64,000 nucleotides of DNA from Bacteroidales bacterium (GTDB taxonomy: Bacteria > Bacteroidota > Bacteroidia > Bacteroidales > Paludibacteraceae): positions 3,328 through 67,327 of the forward strand of contig SUWZ01000011.1 in the NCBI GenBank assembly GCA_015061185.1. The letters run 5' to 3'. This document shows positions 19,124-30,258 of this stretch, one piece after another. Position 1 is the first letter of the stretch, and each line of letters opens with the position of its first letter. The position numbers were made by a program, and so were the translations under genes. The notes under the pieces are model-generated. The model had not been told where the DNA came from. It ran no database searches and saw only the letters and a program-made list of their open reading frames with translations.

Positions 19124-20569
19124 TCAAAAATTGGAATTATTCTTTTTCATACGAATCAAAGATGTTTTTATTTCGTCATTGCGATAAGCATTTTTAAACC
19201 TTTCACAAACCAAAGTTCTAACCTCTTGAATTGAACTTGGAACCGGAGACAGAATACCATTAGATAAATACAATGGCTCCATATTGTTGCCAGTCACAAA
19301 ACTAAAATTATCTGCTTGATTATCATCTCCAACTTCATTGTATGGATCAGCAATCAAAGCTAAATAATATTTACCATCTTTGGCTTTTTGAGGAATTGAG
19401 TAGAAGACCTCAAAAGTTGCATTCTGACCTGGTGCAATACTCTTTTCTTCCAAATTATCAAATAGTAAATACTTCTCTGTTAGATGCTTAGCTTTGAATA
19501 ACAAATAAGTAATAGGGTAGTTGGCAGTAGAAATTGTACTACTACCATTGTTTTCAATAGAAAACTTAAGCATACGTTTCCCATTCTCTACAAAATTATC
19601 AGAAACCACTGTAACCTTCACATCATTTCCGCTTGAAGATTTAGTTGATGCTGCAGAGGTAACAGAGTTAGAAGCTCTCCATACACCAAAACAAAATTGG
19701 TCAAAGAAGAAATCATAATCAACCCAAATCGAACCATTATCACCCCAATCGTCAGCTCCCCAACTATTTCTCAAACGAAAAGCACCTTTACTATCGTCAA
19801 AACCAACAAGAGCCATTGCATGATAAGCATGTTGTCCTTGATAAGTTTTAGTATCATACGAGATTACATCACTACTGTTCCATGCCATAAATCGATCTCC
19901 CAATTTTGCTCCTACTACCAAAGGCCCCATTTTAAGGTAGTTTTTAATATTGTTTTCATTCATACCATGTGAAGAGCCATCTACCGTTAATTCTGAGCTA
20001 TAAGCAACTATACGATATTCTGCCAGTTTGTTGGAAGAAGATCCTTTACCACTAACATAATCACACACCATCTTTGAATTCGTAAAAGGGACATCACTCA
20101 TAGAAGCAACGCCTTTACTTATCATCACTTCAAAAGCCGGTTCAAAATTAGAACCTCCACAATTGGAACTCTTACTATCAGTAGGCATCAAGTGCCATAA
20201 ATCAACAGGACTACATTGATACATAGCACTATTCTTATTGGCAACTTTCCACGTTCCATCAATCATGTTCAACGTTGTCTTAAGATTATAGGCAGTAGCC
20301 CAAGCTACACATGTTCCATAACTTCCCTGATTACCAATAGGAGGACAATATTGCTCCCAATCTACTTTGGTATCTGTAACAACATCTGTTATCTCATCCG
20401 ACGTATTCTGGTCTTCAACCACTTCGTCTTCCATGTTATATCCTAACATGTCAAAAAATTCTAAAGCAACCTCAATGATTGTATTAATCACCTCCTCATC
20501 ACAAGATGAAAAAAAAGGACAAAACGCAACCAACACAAAGAAGATACCTTTCTTTAATTTGTTTACCAT
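19124..20569 (-). CDS. C1 (papain) family cysteine peptidase lipoprotein
   Basis: Lipobox FFSSC. NQGSYGTCVAWA carries the catalytic Cys. HAMALVGFDD and NSWG carry the His and Asn. Confidence 0.85.
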   Translation of the reverse strand: MVNKLKKGIFFVLVAFCPFFSSCDEEVINTIIEVALEFFDMLGYNMEDEVVEDQNTSDEITDVVTDTKVDWEQYCPPIGNQGSYGTCVAWATAYNLKTTLNMIDGTWKVANKNSAMYQCSPVDLWHLMPTDSKSSNCGGSNFEPAFEVMISKGVASMSDVPFTNSKMVCDYVSGKGSSSNKLAEYRIVAYSSELTVDGSSHGMNENNIKNYLKMGPLVVGAKLGDRFMAWNSSDVISYDTKTYQGQHAYHAMALVGFDDSKGAFRLRNSWGADDWGDNGSIWVDYDFFFDQFCFGVWRASNSVTSAASTKSSSGNDVKVTVVSDNFVENGKRMLKFSIENNGSSTISTANYPITYLLFKAKHLTEKYLLFDNLEEKSIAPGQNATFEVFYSIPQKAKDGKYYLALIADPYNEVGDDNQADNFSFVTGNNMEPLYLSNGILSPVPSSIQEVRTLVCERFKNAYRNDEIKTSLIRMKKNNSNF

Positions 20570-20584
20570 ATTATTTTTTTTTTT

Positions 20585-21565
20585 TTAAGGATTTATTTTT
20601 AATGTTTTTGATTCAATAGTTTCAATACTAATCGGTTCATTAACAATAACTTCTTTCAATTCCGGTTCAAAGAAAAACCTACTATCCATAAGTAGTACAA
20701 CATCTTTAAATTGAGAACGATTAAAACGAACTTTTCCATAAAAGTAAGATCGTTCAAATGTTACATCACCATTAAACTCACACTGTAACATATCCACACG
20801 ACCCATATAACGAGAAAAAGCAAAAGAACAATTTCCCCCACACTTAACGTAATTAAAATATAGGTTACCGAGAAGAGAAGCATTGGATAATTGAAGTCCA
20901 CGCTCTGCTTCCAAATTACTCATTTGCATATCATATACACTAATTCCTTGAAAATTTGCCTCTTCAAAAAATTTAGCACCTTTAAAATTTAAATTACCAA
21001 TAAAAGAGGAAGAGATCATTTGAAAAGATTTCTCCGCAGTCAAATTTATAAACTGATTCTGTTGTCCCAATGTGGAAATATGATTAAAAGAGACCTTTTC
21101 TCTAAAAATAGCCTGATTAAAATCTATTCCCCTCTCAAATGTTGCTTCATTAAAGTTAACTGTATCCCTAAAGTCGCAATCAAAAAAGAGTACATTATTC
21201 CCAAAGTGAACCTTTTCATACACATATTGTTTTTGCTTTTCGTTTCCTTGCAAAGACCTATCATGAGCAATTACTTTTCCAAGAAAAACACAACCTTGAA
21301 AATACAAAGTTTGCCGGATATGAGTTGTCAATTGAGTGGGAGAGGATAATTGAGTAAACTCCTCTAAATCAGTAAAATTCAAATCTCCTTTAATGATACT
21401 ATTTATTAAAATTATATCTTCACCCTTAGCAATTTTTCTTAAAATCTTTGAGGCTTCAACCTCTTTTAATTCTCTTACATCATCATTAGATTGAGCAGAA
21501 GAACATGCTAAAAAAGAAAATAAACTCATCATAAAAGGTATAATCGTCCAAATAATTCGCTTCAT
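20585..21565 (-). CDS. Pentapeptide-repeat lipoprotein
   Basis: Long run of A(D/N)LxX-like pentads, for example NFNEATFERGIDFNQAIFREKVSFN. Lipobox LACS. Confidence 0.75.
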   Translation of the reverse strand: MKRIIWTIIPFMMSLFSFLACSSAQSNDDVRELKEVEASKILRKIAKGEDIILINSIIKGDLNFTDLEEFTQLSSPTQLTTHIRQTLYFQGCVFLGKVIAHDRSLQGNEKQKQYVYEKVHFGNNVLFFDCDFRDTVNFNEATFERGIDFNQAIFREKVSFNHISTLGQQNQFINLTAEKSFQMISSSFIGNLNFKGAKFFEEANFQGISVYDMQMSNLEAERGLQLSNASLLGNLYFNYVKCGGNCSFAFSRYMGRVDMLQCEFNGDVTFERSYFYGKVRFNRSQFKDVVLLMDSRFFFEPELKEVIVNEPISIETIESKTLKINP

Positions 21566-21966
21566 CTCTTATAAATATTTGATACACATATAAACAAACT
21601 TTAAGAAGTTGCAATTTTGATTGCTCTTCATGCAGTTTACGGAAATAGATTGAAAAATATTTTACTTACAACAGGAGTACATCCAACCCTTAAACATAAA
21701 GCAAAAACACTTTTCAATCAATTCTCAAAAATCCCCAAAATTTGTCTAAAACAAAAATAGGATAAATTTTATTCATATAAAAATTTTAAAATAAGAAATA
21801 GAGAAATAAAGAAGATTTATCGACCAAATATGACTAAATTTAAGAATCTGTCACAACAACTTATATATTGTTAAAAATTTTTCATCAATTTTTAAAAAGG
21901 GATATAAACAAAATTTGTAATATTGCAGATTGAATTTCTTTCAAAGATACAATTTGAAAATTGTAA

Positions 21967-22042
21967 GAAGCTGTTTAAATTTTATTGAAAAAATATTTTA
22001 GAACCTCTCTCAAATATGCTCGAAATAAAATTCAAACAATTC
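21967..22042. mobile_element. MITE-like element, short internally deleted copy
   Basis: gaagctgtttaaattttattgaaaaa...ctctctcaaatatgctcgaaataaaattcaaacaattc. Both termini of the 13537-13727 element are joined. Confidence 0.6.
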
Positions 22043-22164
22043 TGATATTTTTAGAGAAATTTTATGGCTTATTATATCAATTTCGAGGTAATTGCAAGTT
22101 GGAATAGAGCTATTTTTCGAAATTTAAGAATGAGACTTTTGTAGAATTTTTTAGAGATTTTAGA

Positions 22165-23526
22165 ATGAAAAGAAGAATTTTAGGCTTATTATTTTTATTG
22201 TTTTTTTCGTTTGAAATGTATGCTACTACCTTCAGTGTTCCTGATGAATCCGGAATAGTATATAATTCAAAAGGAGAGTGTATGCTATTTTATGATATGG
22301 ATAAAGCAGCTGTCAGTTTTTCCGATGAAATCGCAGATTTTTCAAATGTAAGATGTTCTAGAATTGTATTTGGAGAGACAAAAATAGATACATTTGTAAT
22401 TGAAAATGATTACATTTCTATATCTTCTGATAAACAGACTGTTACATTGAAATCACCAATTGCGAATAGTGGATATTTATTCGAATATGATGTATATTCG
22501 AATGGAGATAGTCTTAAAAAAACAGCATTCACATGGATAACAAAATTTGAACCCATAGATTCTTTGATATGGACCAAAGATTCTATCTATTGTGAAGAAT
22601 TAGATATAGATTTTTCTCCTGTTTTAACCTATAAAACCAAGTTCGGTGAAACAAAAAAAATCATAAGAAATATGACCATTAGTTATAACACATTAACAGA
22701 TGGAGAAAATGGTCCTTCAGAAAACTCAACCCAAGAACAGATAGAAGAGAGTAACACTATTACCATCTCACCTGTTCCTTACGTAAACACAACTTTTGTG
22801 TTATCAGATTTTACCATTGAATCTCAAAAATATCAAATAACATCAGACACTTTTATTACCCAAGCAGTTGTTGCATTTCCAACAATGACTACAACAGCAA
22901 AATTTTTGCACGAAGGTGATGAAGGAATTGATAGCACGTTAAAATTTTCCACCTCATTTGATGAGGCTATTTCGTTGTCTGGGAATTTTCGCTCTTCAGG
23001 ACCTTTGCTACTCAATCTAATCAGTAATTCAAGTGATTTGGCAAACCATTTTGAATGGGCAGTTACGCACGGAGTTACTGCTGAACAAGGAGATTTTTCC
23101 AATGCTTTTGTACTTTTCGAGAAAGATATAAATAGTTACGAAGTATCTGATCCTGGATTGTATTGTTTTGAACTTACTGTTAGTAATATTCGTAATGATA
23201 GCATTTGTGAAAATAAAAGTTATGCCTGTTTCTCAATTGCAGAATCGCAATTAAATATTCCTAATGCTTTTACTCCTAACGGAGATGGTACAAATGATGA
23301 ATTTCGCGTTGCTTACCGCTCCATTGCATCCTTTAATTGCCATATCTACGATCAATGGGGACGCAAAGTTTATGAGTCAACAGACATCACAAAAGGTTGG
23401 GATGGATATGTAGGAAACAGAATTGGAGATATCGGTACCTACTTTTATTATATTGAGGCTGTGGGTACTGATGGCGTCGAATACAAAAAGAAAGGGTCAG
23501 TTAACTTAATCAGGACGAAGGATTAA
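22165..23526 (+). CDS. Secreted protein with a T9SS type B (gliding-associated) C-terminal sorting domain
   Basis: C-terminal NAFTPNGDGTNDEF...W.G motif. N-terminal signal peptide. Confidence 0.8.
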   Translation: MKRRILGLLFLLFFSFEMYATTFSVPDESGIVYNSKGECMLFYDMDKAAVSFSDEIADFSNVRCSRIVFGETKIDTFVIENDYISISSDKQTVTLKSPIANSGYLFEYDVYSNGDSLKKTAFTWITKFEPIDSLIWTKDSIYCEELDIDFSPVLTYKTKFGETKKIIRNMTISYNTLTDGENGPSENSTQEQIEESNTITISPVPYVNTTFVLSDFTIESQKYQITSDTFITQAVVAFPTMTTTAKFLHEGDEGIDSTLKFSTSFDEAISLSGNFRSSGPLLLNLISNSSDLANHFEWAVTHGVTAEQGDFSNAFVLFEKDINSYEVSDPGLYCFELTVSNIRNDSICENKSYACFSIAESQLNIPNAFTPNGDGTNDEFRVAYRSIASFNCHIYDQWGRKVYESTDITKGWDGYVGNRIGDIGTYFYYIEAVGTDGVEYKKKGSVNLIRTKD

Positions 23527-23554
23527 GCCTAATAACAATATTTATCAATATATA

Positions 23555-23592
23555 AAGCACCTAACACCAAAAAGATTAGGTGCTTTTATTTC
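23555..23592 (+). terminator. Rho-independent terminator
   Basis: Stem aaagcacctaa / ttaggtgcttt followed by T-rich sequence. Confidence 0.7.
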
Positions 23593-23880
23593 TTTAGGCA
23601 AAAGATCAATCTTATTTTAAAGTCAATTTATACATAGATGGTGTGATTAAAATTTTTGTGTAAGCTAAAATCAACCGCAGTAATTCCTAAGTCAAACAAA
23701 GCTAAGAAGATATAAACTCTTAATTCAGAGAGATAAGAAAGAGATAATAGGTCAAATTAACAGAAACGACTATTATCGTTAAATTTAGCCCCTTGTTAGG
23801 AATCTGATTATTTACAGAGCATTATTTAACTCCACATTATTACCGATTACAACACTATTACGAGCTTTACACTATTTAGG

Positions 23881-24215
23881 TAAGTTCTATAAGTTCACCA
23901 TTGTAATAAAATACTCGAAATAATTCAGGTATCTTCTATAAATTACGATTTTTATTATGTGTGTCAAAATTTCCGTTTTCGGATACTTTTGAATTCATTT
24001 TACTTATCTTACAGTATGAACTCAATCACGATGCCCGCATAGCTCTATTCTCTGCGCGTTCCTTTTCTCGCTAAGGCAAAGCTGAAACAAGTTGCACTGT
24101 TTATTTGGCTTAACAAAAAAAGGTGAGAATATAAACAACCAAAGCAAAATGCCATCATCTCGACTAAATTTATAGAAGCTAGCTTCAAAAATTCCGCGAA
24201 ATGTATTTATAACCC
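23881..24215. repeat. Composite copy of the GTTCTATAAAT-type dispersed repeat (family 2)
   Basis: It starts ggtaagttctataag and ends tttatagaagc (inverted). The internal block 24040-24180 is homologous to 25300-25456. The tttcggatacttttgaattcatttt block matches 36080-36104. Confidence 0.5.
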
Positions 24216-25299
24216 CAACCTTTAATGATAAAAGCTAAGAATGATTTATTGATCTTCGTAACAGTGGTATAATCCAATATTTCAACCCCATATTGTTTAA
24301 AATTTAAAATAACAGATTCTCAAGAGGTTATTTTTATCAAAAAAACATGCTATCATATTTATAATCAAATAATTTCATTGAAATTATCTCCTTTTAAAGA
24401 ACATTTCAAATAAACACTTTCTGAAAAACAACCTAAAATGAAGTTATCACAACAATTACAATATTAATAATAGATACAAATGTAAACTATTTAATAAATA
24501 TTACATTTTTAATCCACAGACAGGAGTATATTTGTAATATATACATTTGTAACACAATAAGCATTGATTTCGAGAATTTACTTTTGTATTGTTTTTTTAT
24601 AGAGTATAGAATTGTAATAGGGGAGTAATTACAACTTTTAGAATCTATAAAATACAATCATTTTTTAGATTGTAAAACTCTAAACACTAATTTATTATGA
24701 TAAAATACTTAAAGTAACACATTTAATTATTACATACACATTATATACATTTGTAATAATTGTTATAAATTTTATATGATTGGCGTGCATACAATATTAG
24801 TAATTAGATATTTATATATATTTTTTAAAGTGTTAGTTTAAATAATATACCATAATATGATATTTGATGGTCATCTTCTATATAAGATCTTAAAAAGAGG
24901 AAAAAATCTTTTAAAATATAGAAATGTATTCGTCTATATATCTAAATTTCAACTACTAATAGGTTGAGTTACTAGTAAATTAAAAATAAAGTATAAAGTT
25001 GTTTTTGAGGTGGTATTAGTCTTTATTAAGGATTATATTTATATGAATTGACAACCTGCATTACAGAAGAAAAACAGACTAAATTAAAATCTGTTATAGA
25101 GCACATAGACAGATTTTTTTCCTTATTTAAAGACCTTAAAATCTCTATTTTAACACGTAAAAATAATTCAATTCATAGGGAGATTTATCATGTGACAACT
25201 TCTATAAAGTACGATATTCTATTTACAGCTCATAAATTCAGTATCTGATGCGATTATTTTATTTATCTTGATTATATTCTTTCAGTTAAGATGCTTGCA

Positions 25300-25456
25300 T
25301 CGCTACTTTCTCTTGCGTGTTCCTTTTCCCACGCCATGGCAAAGCAGAAATAAGTTTCACTAAGCTCATTTAGCTTAGCGAAAATGTTCAAGAATATAAT
25401 CAAACTAAGCAAAATGCTTTTCAAAATCATCTCTACCTAATTTATAGAACCTGCGG
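25300..25456. repeat. Second copy of the family-2 internal block
   Basis: ctcttgcgtgttccttttcc...ggcaaagc.gaaa.aagt...caaaatgc...aatttatagaac aligns with 24049-24180. Confidence 0.5.
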
Positions 25457-25680
25457 ATAAAAATAAAACAAATTATTAATGACTATTACATCCCTTATTT
25501 AGTGCTCATATTAATATCTATTTATGCACTAAATTTATTACAGAAGTAATATATTACATTTATAAACAACAAAGATACAACAAAAATGACAACAATTGTA
25601 AAGTAACATTTCTATATTTTGTTTACAATTGTAATATAACATTTTTGTATTAGATTTTACTTTCGTAAAAATATTTTTAT

Positions 25681-25688
25681 TACATTTG
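25681..25688 (+). promoter_or_regulatory. -7 box TACATTTG for the XRE-type regulator
   Basis: TAnnTTTG lies 19 nt upstream of the ATG at 25707. Confidence 0.45.
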
Positions 25689-25706
25689 TAAAAAATTATA
25701 AATAGT

Positions 25707-26285
25707 ATGAATCAAACGAATGACAACTTAAGAAATCGAATTGAGGAGCTTATTAATAGTGAAAAATTAAGTTACACTCAATTTGCTCGTAAGATAGGGA
25801 TACAAGGCACCATTATATCCCACATTATGAATGGAAGAAATAAGCCAAGCTTAGATGTTGTTCAAAAGATATTGACTAATTTCAAGAATGTCAACTATGA
25901 ATGGCTAATTTCAGGAGTTGGTGATATGTATAAAAATGAGGTTAAAAACATTGAAAATAAATACATTAACCATAAAAACAATGATACTCAACTCGATTTC
26001 CCTTCATTATTTGATATCAATTCGGACAATCAGTCGGAATATAACAAGGAAAATGAGTTAAAGAACAATATAGAAAATCAAGAAAAAAATCAATCACCTA
26101 TTGAATCAAAAAAAATAATAACCATAGGAGAAAGCAGTACACCAGCTTTGGAAGTTTCTCCAATTGGTAACAAAACAAAAACAAAGGAGGAAAATCCTAA
26201 TAAGGAAATTCCTCCAAAAAAAATAAAAAAGATTGTTGTATTTTACTCCGATCAAACTTTTGAAGAATTTAAACAAGAGTTGTAG
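25707..26285 (+). CDS. XRE-family helix-turn-helix protein with a low-complexity C-terminal tail
   Basis: LSYTQFARKIGIQGTIISHIMNGRNKPSLDVVQKIL is a classic HTH_XRE. An N/K/E-rich tail follows. Confidence 0.8.
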   Translation: MNQTNDNLRNRIEELINSEKLSYTQFARKIGIQGTIISHIMNGRNKPSLDVVQKILTNFKNVNYEWLISGVGDMYKNEVKNIENKYINHKNNDTQLDFPSLFDINSDNQSEYNKENELKNNIENQEKNQSPIESKKIITIGESSTPALEVSPIGNKTKTKEENPNKEIPPKKIKKIVVFYSDQTFEEFKQEL

Positions 26286-26334
26286 AATCTTAGAACTAAA
26301 ATTTTCAAGATTAAAATTAGATGTGTACTTAATT

Positions 26335-27477
26335 TTAGCTAAACATACTTCTGAATCGAGCAAAAAAGTTCTTTTTAGCTCCTTCAGAAGGTTGCATGTT
26401 AGCAGATTTTTCCAAATCTTCAAAAATCTTATGCTCTTCTTTGGTTAAATTCTCCGGAATATAGACACCAATATTCACTAACAAGTCTCCAGTACCATAA
26501 CTATTTACGCTTGGCAACCCTTTACCTTTAAGACGTAAAACCTTGCCTGGTTGAGTTCCCGGATCGATTTTCACCTTCACTTTAGAATCAACCGTAGGAA
26601 TTTCGATAGTCCCACCATTAACAGCCATTGGAATTGTCAACAATGCATTGTAAATCAAGTCGTTCTCATCTCTAATTAGGTCTGGATGGTTTTCTTCTTC
26701 AATAGCGATATACAAATCGCCGGAAACACCTCCATTACGAGCTGCATTACCCTTTCCTCGCATAGGGATCTGCATTCCATCCATAACACCTGCAGGAATA
26801 TTTACAGAAATAATTTCCTCCTCTTGAATAATTCCTGCGCCATTACAATGAGAACACTTTTTAGAAATTATTTTACCATCTCCATTGCAATTAGGGCAAA
26901 CAGACTGAGTTTGCATTTGTCCAAAAATTGTATTTTGAACACGATTCACCCGACCAGAACCTCCACAAGTAGAACATGTGGTATAATTATTACCCTCTGC
27001 ACCGGTACCGCCACATTCAGAGCACTTTACATACTTCTTAACCTTTAGTTTTTTCTCTGTTCCGTGAGCAATTTCTTTGAGAGTTAACTTTACACGAACT
27101 CTCAAATCAGAACCTCGACGCACCTGTTGACGAGAACTTGAGCCACCACCAAAACCACCAAAGCCACCGAAGCCGCCAAAGATATCTCCAAATTGAGAAA
27201 AAATATCCTCCATAGACATACCTCCACCAAAGCCACCACCGGCAGCACTTCCACCAACTCCGGCATGACCAAACTGATCATAACGCTTACGCTTTTCTGG
27301 ATTACTCAAAACCTCATACGCCTCAGCTGCCTCTTTAAATTTTTCCTCAGCCTCTTTATCTCCTGGATTTTTATCCGGGTGATATTGAATTGCTTTTTTT
27401 CTATAAGCCTTCTTTATTTCATCGTCTGAAGCTCCTTTGGAAACCCCTAAAACTTCATAATAATCTCTTTTTGCCAT
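26335..27477 (-). CDS. dnaJ: Molecular chaperone DnaJ
   Basis: J-domain with HPD, G/F-rich linker, and four CxxCxGxG zinc motifs. Confidence 0.95.
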   Translation of the reverse strand: MAKRDYYEVLGVSKGASDDEIKKAYRKKAIQYHPDKNPGDKEAEEKFKEAAEAYEVLSNPEKRKRYDQFGHAGVGGSAAGGGFGGGMSMEDIFSQFGDIFGGFGGFGGFGGGSSSRQQVRRGSDLRVRVKLTLKEIAHGTEKKLKVKKYVKCSECGGTGAEGNNYTTCSTCGGSGRVNRVQNTIFGQMQTQSVCPNCNGDGKIISKKCSHCNGAGIIQEEEIISVNIPAGVMDGMQIPMRGKGNAARNGGVSGDLYIAIEEENHPDLIRDENDLIYNALLTIPMAVNGGTIEIPTVDSKVKVKIDPGTQPGKVLRLKGKGLPSVNSYGTGDLLVNIGVYIPENLTKEEHKIFEDLEKSANMQPSEGAKKNFFARFRSMFS

Positions 27478-27486
27478 AGCTACTTT

Positions 27487-28062
27487 TTATTGACCTACAA
27501 CTACTTTCGCAAAACGAATGACCTTATCATTCATAACATAACCTTTTTGTGTACAATCAATTACCTTACCTTTTAAATCTTCTGAAGGGGCAGGAATCGT
27601 TGTAATAGCCTCGTGAAAATCTAAATCAAAATCTTTTCCTTCGGTTTCAATTGCTTTCACGCCATTTTGAGCTAAGAAGGAGATAAATTTTTCATAAATC
27701 AAATCAATGCCTTCTTTCATTGATTCTACATCAGACACGTTTTCTAAAGCTTTTTGTGCTCGCTCGAAATCATCTACCAATGGCAAAATATTTAGCAAAA
27801 CACTTTCGCCGGCAGACTTTATCAACTCTGATTTCTCTTTCAATGTACGTTTGCGAAAATTATCAAACTCTGCACGCAAGCGCAAATAATCATCTTGCAG
27901 TTTAGCATACTTTTCCTCTTGTAATGCCAAATTGTCAGCATCCGATGTCGTTTCCTCTGGAGTTGACTCTTGAGTTGCTTCTGATTCCACTGTTTGAGTT
28001 TGCTCTTCAACACACTCATTTACAACCTCTTGAGGATTCTTTTCATCTAAATTTTCTTCCAT
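27487..28062 (-). CDS. grpE: Nucleotide exchange factor GrpE
   Basis: Acidic N-terminus, the RLRAEFDNFRKR motif, and a position immediately upstream of dnaJ. Confidence 0.95.
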   Translation of the reverse strand: MEENLDEKNPQEVVNECVEEQTQTVESEATQESTPEETTSDADNLALQEEKYAKLQDDYLRLRAEFDNFRKRTLKEKSELIKSAGESVLLNILPLVDDFERAQKALENVSDVESMKEGIDLIYEKFISFLAQNGVKAIETEGKDFDLDFHEAITTIPAPSEDLKGKVIDCTQKGYVMNDKVIRFAKVVVGQ

Positions 28063-28402
28063 ATTATCAATTTTATTTATATTTTCATTACTAAAAAAAA
28101 CTATACTTATTTATAATATGCAAATCCTTTGCCAAGTTGCCAAATAGTACAATCTGACACATTATCAGAAAATATGTCAGACATTTTGACAGCACTCTTT
28201 ATAAATAACAAAGTTAGAATCATTTTTGCCAATATTAAAGATTAATTACTTATTGGCGGAATTAGTTGACCCTATTGAGGATAAATATTGCGGATACGAA
28301 ATAGGGCTAATGCGATTCACACCAACAGCAAAAATATAGAACTTTAATACTTGTAATTCTATATTGCTAAAAATCAGCGACATACATTTTATATTATAAT
28401 AA

Positions 28403-28532
28403 GAATCTGTTTTAAATATTTTTGACTTTCACTCTTTATTTCTGCATCTTTGAGATTCTTTTTAACTTATTCAATTTTTAATAATAGTCTTAATTAACGG
28501 CAAAATGCCCGAAATTAATTTTAAACAACATC
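28403..28532. mobile_element. MITE-like element, diverged copy in inverted orientation
   Basis: gcatctttgagattctttttaa and taacggcaaaa blocks match the reverse complement of 13600-13680. The termini are degenerate. Confidence 0.5.
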
Positions 28533-28637
28533 TAAAAATAATCATAAAAATCCCTATAAAAGAAGAAAAACAGAATAGATAAATAGATCATTAAAATAAA
28601 ATTCCAACAACAACTCTGAAATTCAGAAGAAAATTAC

Positions 28638-28645
28638 TAAATTTG
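28638..28645 (+). promoter_or_regulatory. -7 box TAAATTTG for iorA
   Basis: TAnnTTTG lies 27 nt upstream of the ATG at 28672. Confidence 0.45.
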
Positions 28646-28671
28646 CATTTTAGCATAAAAACATCAGAATA

Positions 28672-30258
28672 ATGAAAGAACTATTATTGGCAGATGAAGC
28701 CATAGCACAAGGTGCAATTGACGGAGGATTATCGGGTGTTTATGCATATCCAGGTACACCCTCCACAGAAATAACAGAATATATTCAAGGTTCAAAACAA
28801 GCGAAAGAACGTAAAATTCATAGCCACTGGTCATCAAATGAAAAGACAGCTATGGAAGCAGCATTAGGTATGTCATACGCCGGCAAACGCTCTTTGGTTT
28901 GTATGAAGCACGTAGGAATGAACGTTGCTGCAGATTGTTTTATCAACACAGCAATTACCGGTACCAATGGAGGAATGGTAGTATTGGCTGCAGATGACCC
29001 ATCTATGCACTCTTCTCAAAACGAACAAGATTCTCGTTTTTACGGAAATTTTGCCATGATTCCAATGTTGGAACCATCTAATCAGCAGGAGGCATACGAT
29101 ATGGCTTACAATGGTTTTGAATTATCCGAAAAATTTGGATATCCAATTTTGATGAGAGTAGTTACTCGTTTGGCACACTCTCGTTCAGGAGTAGAAAGAA
29201 AACCGGTAAAAGCTGAAAATTCAATCAGTTTCCCGGAGGATCCGCGCCAATTTGTGCTTCTTCCGGCTATCGCAAAAAGAAGGTACCAAATTCTCCTTGA
29301 CAGCCAAGATAAAATGGTAAAAGCCTCTGAAGAGTCTATATATAATCAATACATTGATGGAGATAACAAGAAAATAGGTGTTATAGCTTGTGGTATAACC
29401 ATCAACTATTTAAACGAAGTTTTCAATCAAAAGTGTGACTATCCGGTTTTGAAAATTTCACAATATCCTTTACCAAAAAAATGGATAGACAAAATGGCTG
29501 CTGAATGTGAGACTATTTTGGTTCTTGAGGATGGTTATCCATTTGTAGAAAATCAATTGAAAGGATTTTTTGATAATAAAACCATCAAAGGTCGCTTAGA
29601 TGGAACACTACCAAGAACAGGAGAATTAGATCCGGATTCTGTAGGAAAAGCATTTGGAAAGATAAACGAAATTACCTATAAGGTACCAGAAATCATAAAA
29701 ATGCGTCCACCTCAAATGTGTCAAGGTTGTGGTCACAGAGACATGTATGAAGCACTAAACGAAGTACTTAGAGAATATGCAGATAGCAAAGTTTTTGGTG
29801 ATATTGGTTGTTATACATTAGGAGCCTTGCCTCCATTCCAAGCAATCAATTCTTGTGTGGATATGGGAGCCTCAATCACCATGGCAAAAGGAGCAGCTGA
29901 TGCAGGATTGTATCCATCTGTCGCTGTAATTGGGGATTCCACCTTTACACACTCCGGTATGACTGGCTTATTGGATGCTATCAATGAAAATTCTAACATT
30001 GTAGTAGTAATTTCTGATAATGAAACAACTGCTATGACAGGCGGTCAGGATTCCCAAGGAACAGGAAAGATTGAGGCTATTTGCCTTGGATTAGGTGTTG
30101 ACCCTAAACACTTAAGAGTATTTGTTCCTTTGAAGAAAAATTATGAAGAAATGAAACAAATTATTCGCGAAGAGGTTGAATATCAAGGTCTTTCAGTATT
30201 AATTCCTCGTCGTGAGTGTATTCAGACAATGAAGAGGAAGCATAAAGCCTCAAAATAG
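28672..30258 (+). CDS. iorA: Indolepyruvate ferredoxin oxidoreductase, alpha (TPP-binding) subunit
   Basis: 528 aa. The N-terminus LLADEAIAQGAIDGGLSGVYAYPGTPSTEI and the GDSTFTHSG TPP motif are typical of IorA. Confidence 0.9.
   Translation: MKELLLADEAIAQGAIDGGLSGVYAYPGTPSTEITEYIQGSKQAKERKIHSHWSSNEKTAMEAALGMSYAGKRSLVCMKHVGMNVAADCFINTAITGTNGGMVVLAADDPSMHSSQNEQDSRFYGNFAMIPMLEPSNQQEAYDMAYNGFELSEKFGYPILMRVVTRLAHSRSGVERKPVKAENSISFPEDPRQFVLLPAIAKRRYQILLDSQDKMVKASEESIYNQYIDGDNKKIGVIACGITINYLNEVFNQKCDYPVLKISQYPLPKKWIDKMAAECETILVLEDGYPFVENQLKGFFDNKTIKGRLDGTLPRTGELDPDSVGKAFGKINEITYKVPEIIKMRPPQMCQGCGHRDMYEALNEVLREYADSKVFGDIGCYTLGALPPFQAINSCVDMGASITMAKGAADAGLYPSVAVIGDSTFTHSGMTGLLDAINENSNIVVVISDNETTAMTGGQDSQGTGKIEAICLGLGVDPKHLRVFVPLKKNYEEMKQIIREEVEYQGLSVLIPRRECIQTMKRKHKASK

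Noticed and set aside
25048-25248. 66-aa ORF in the 2.2-kb AT-rich spacer
   Set aside because: It has a TTG start and no promoter box in a suitable position. An ORF of this length is expected by chance.
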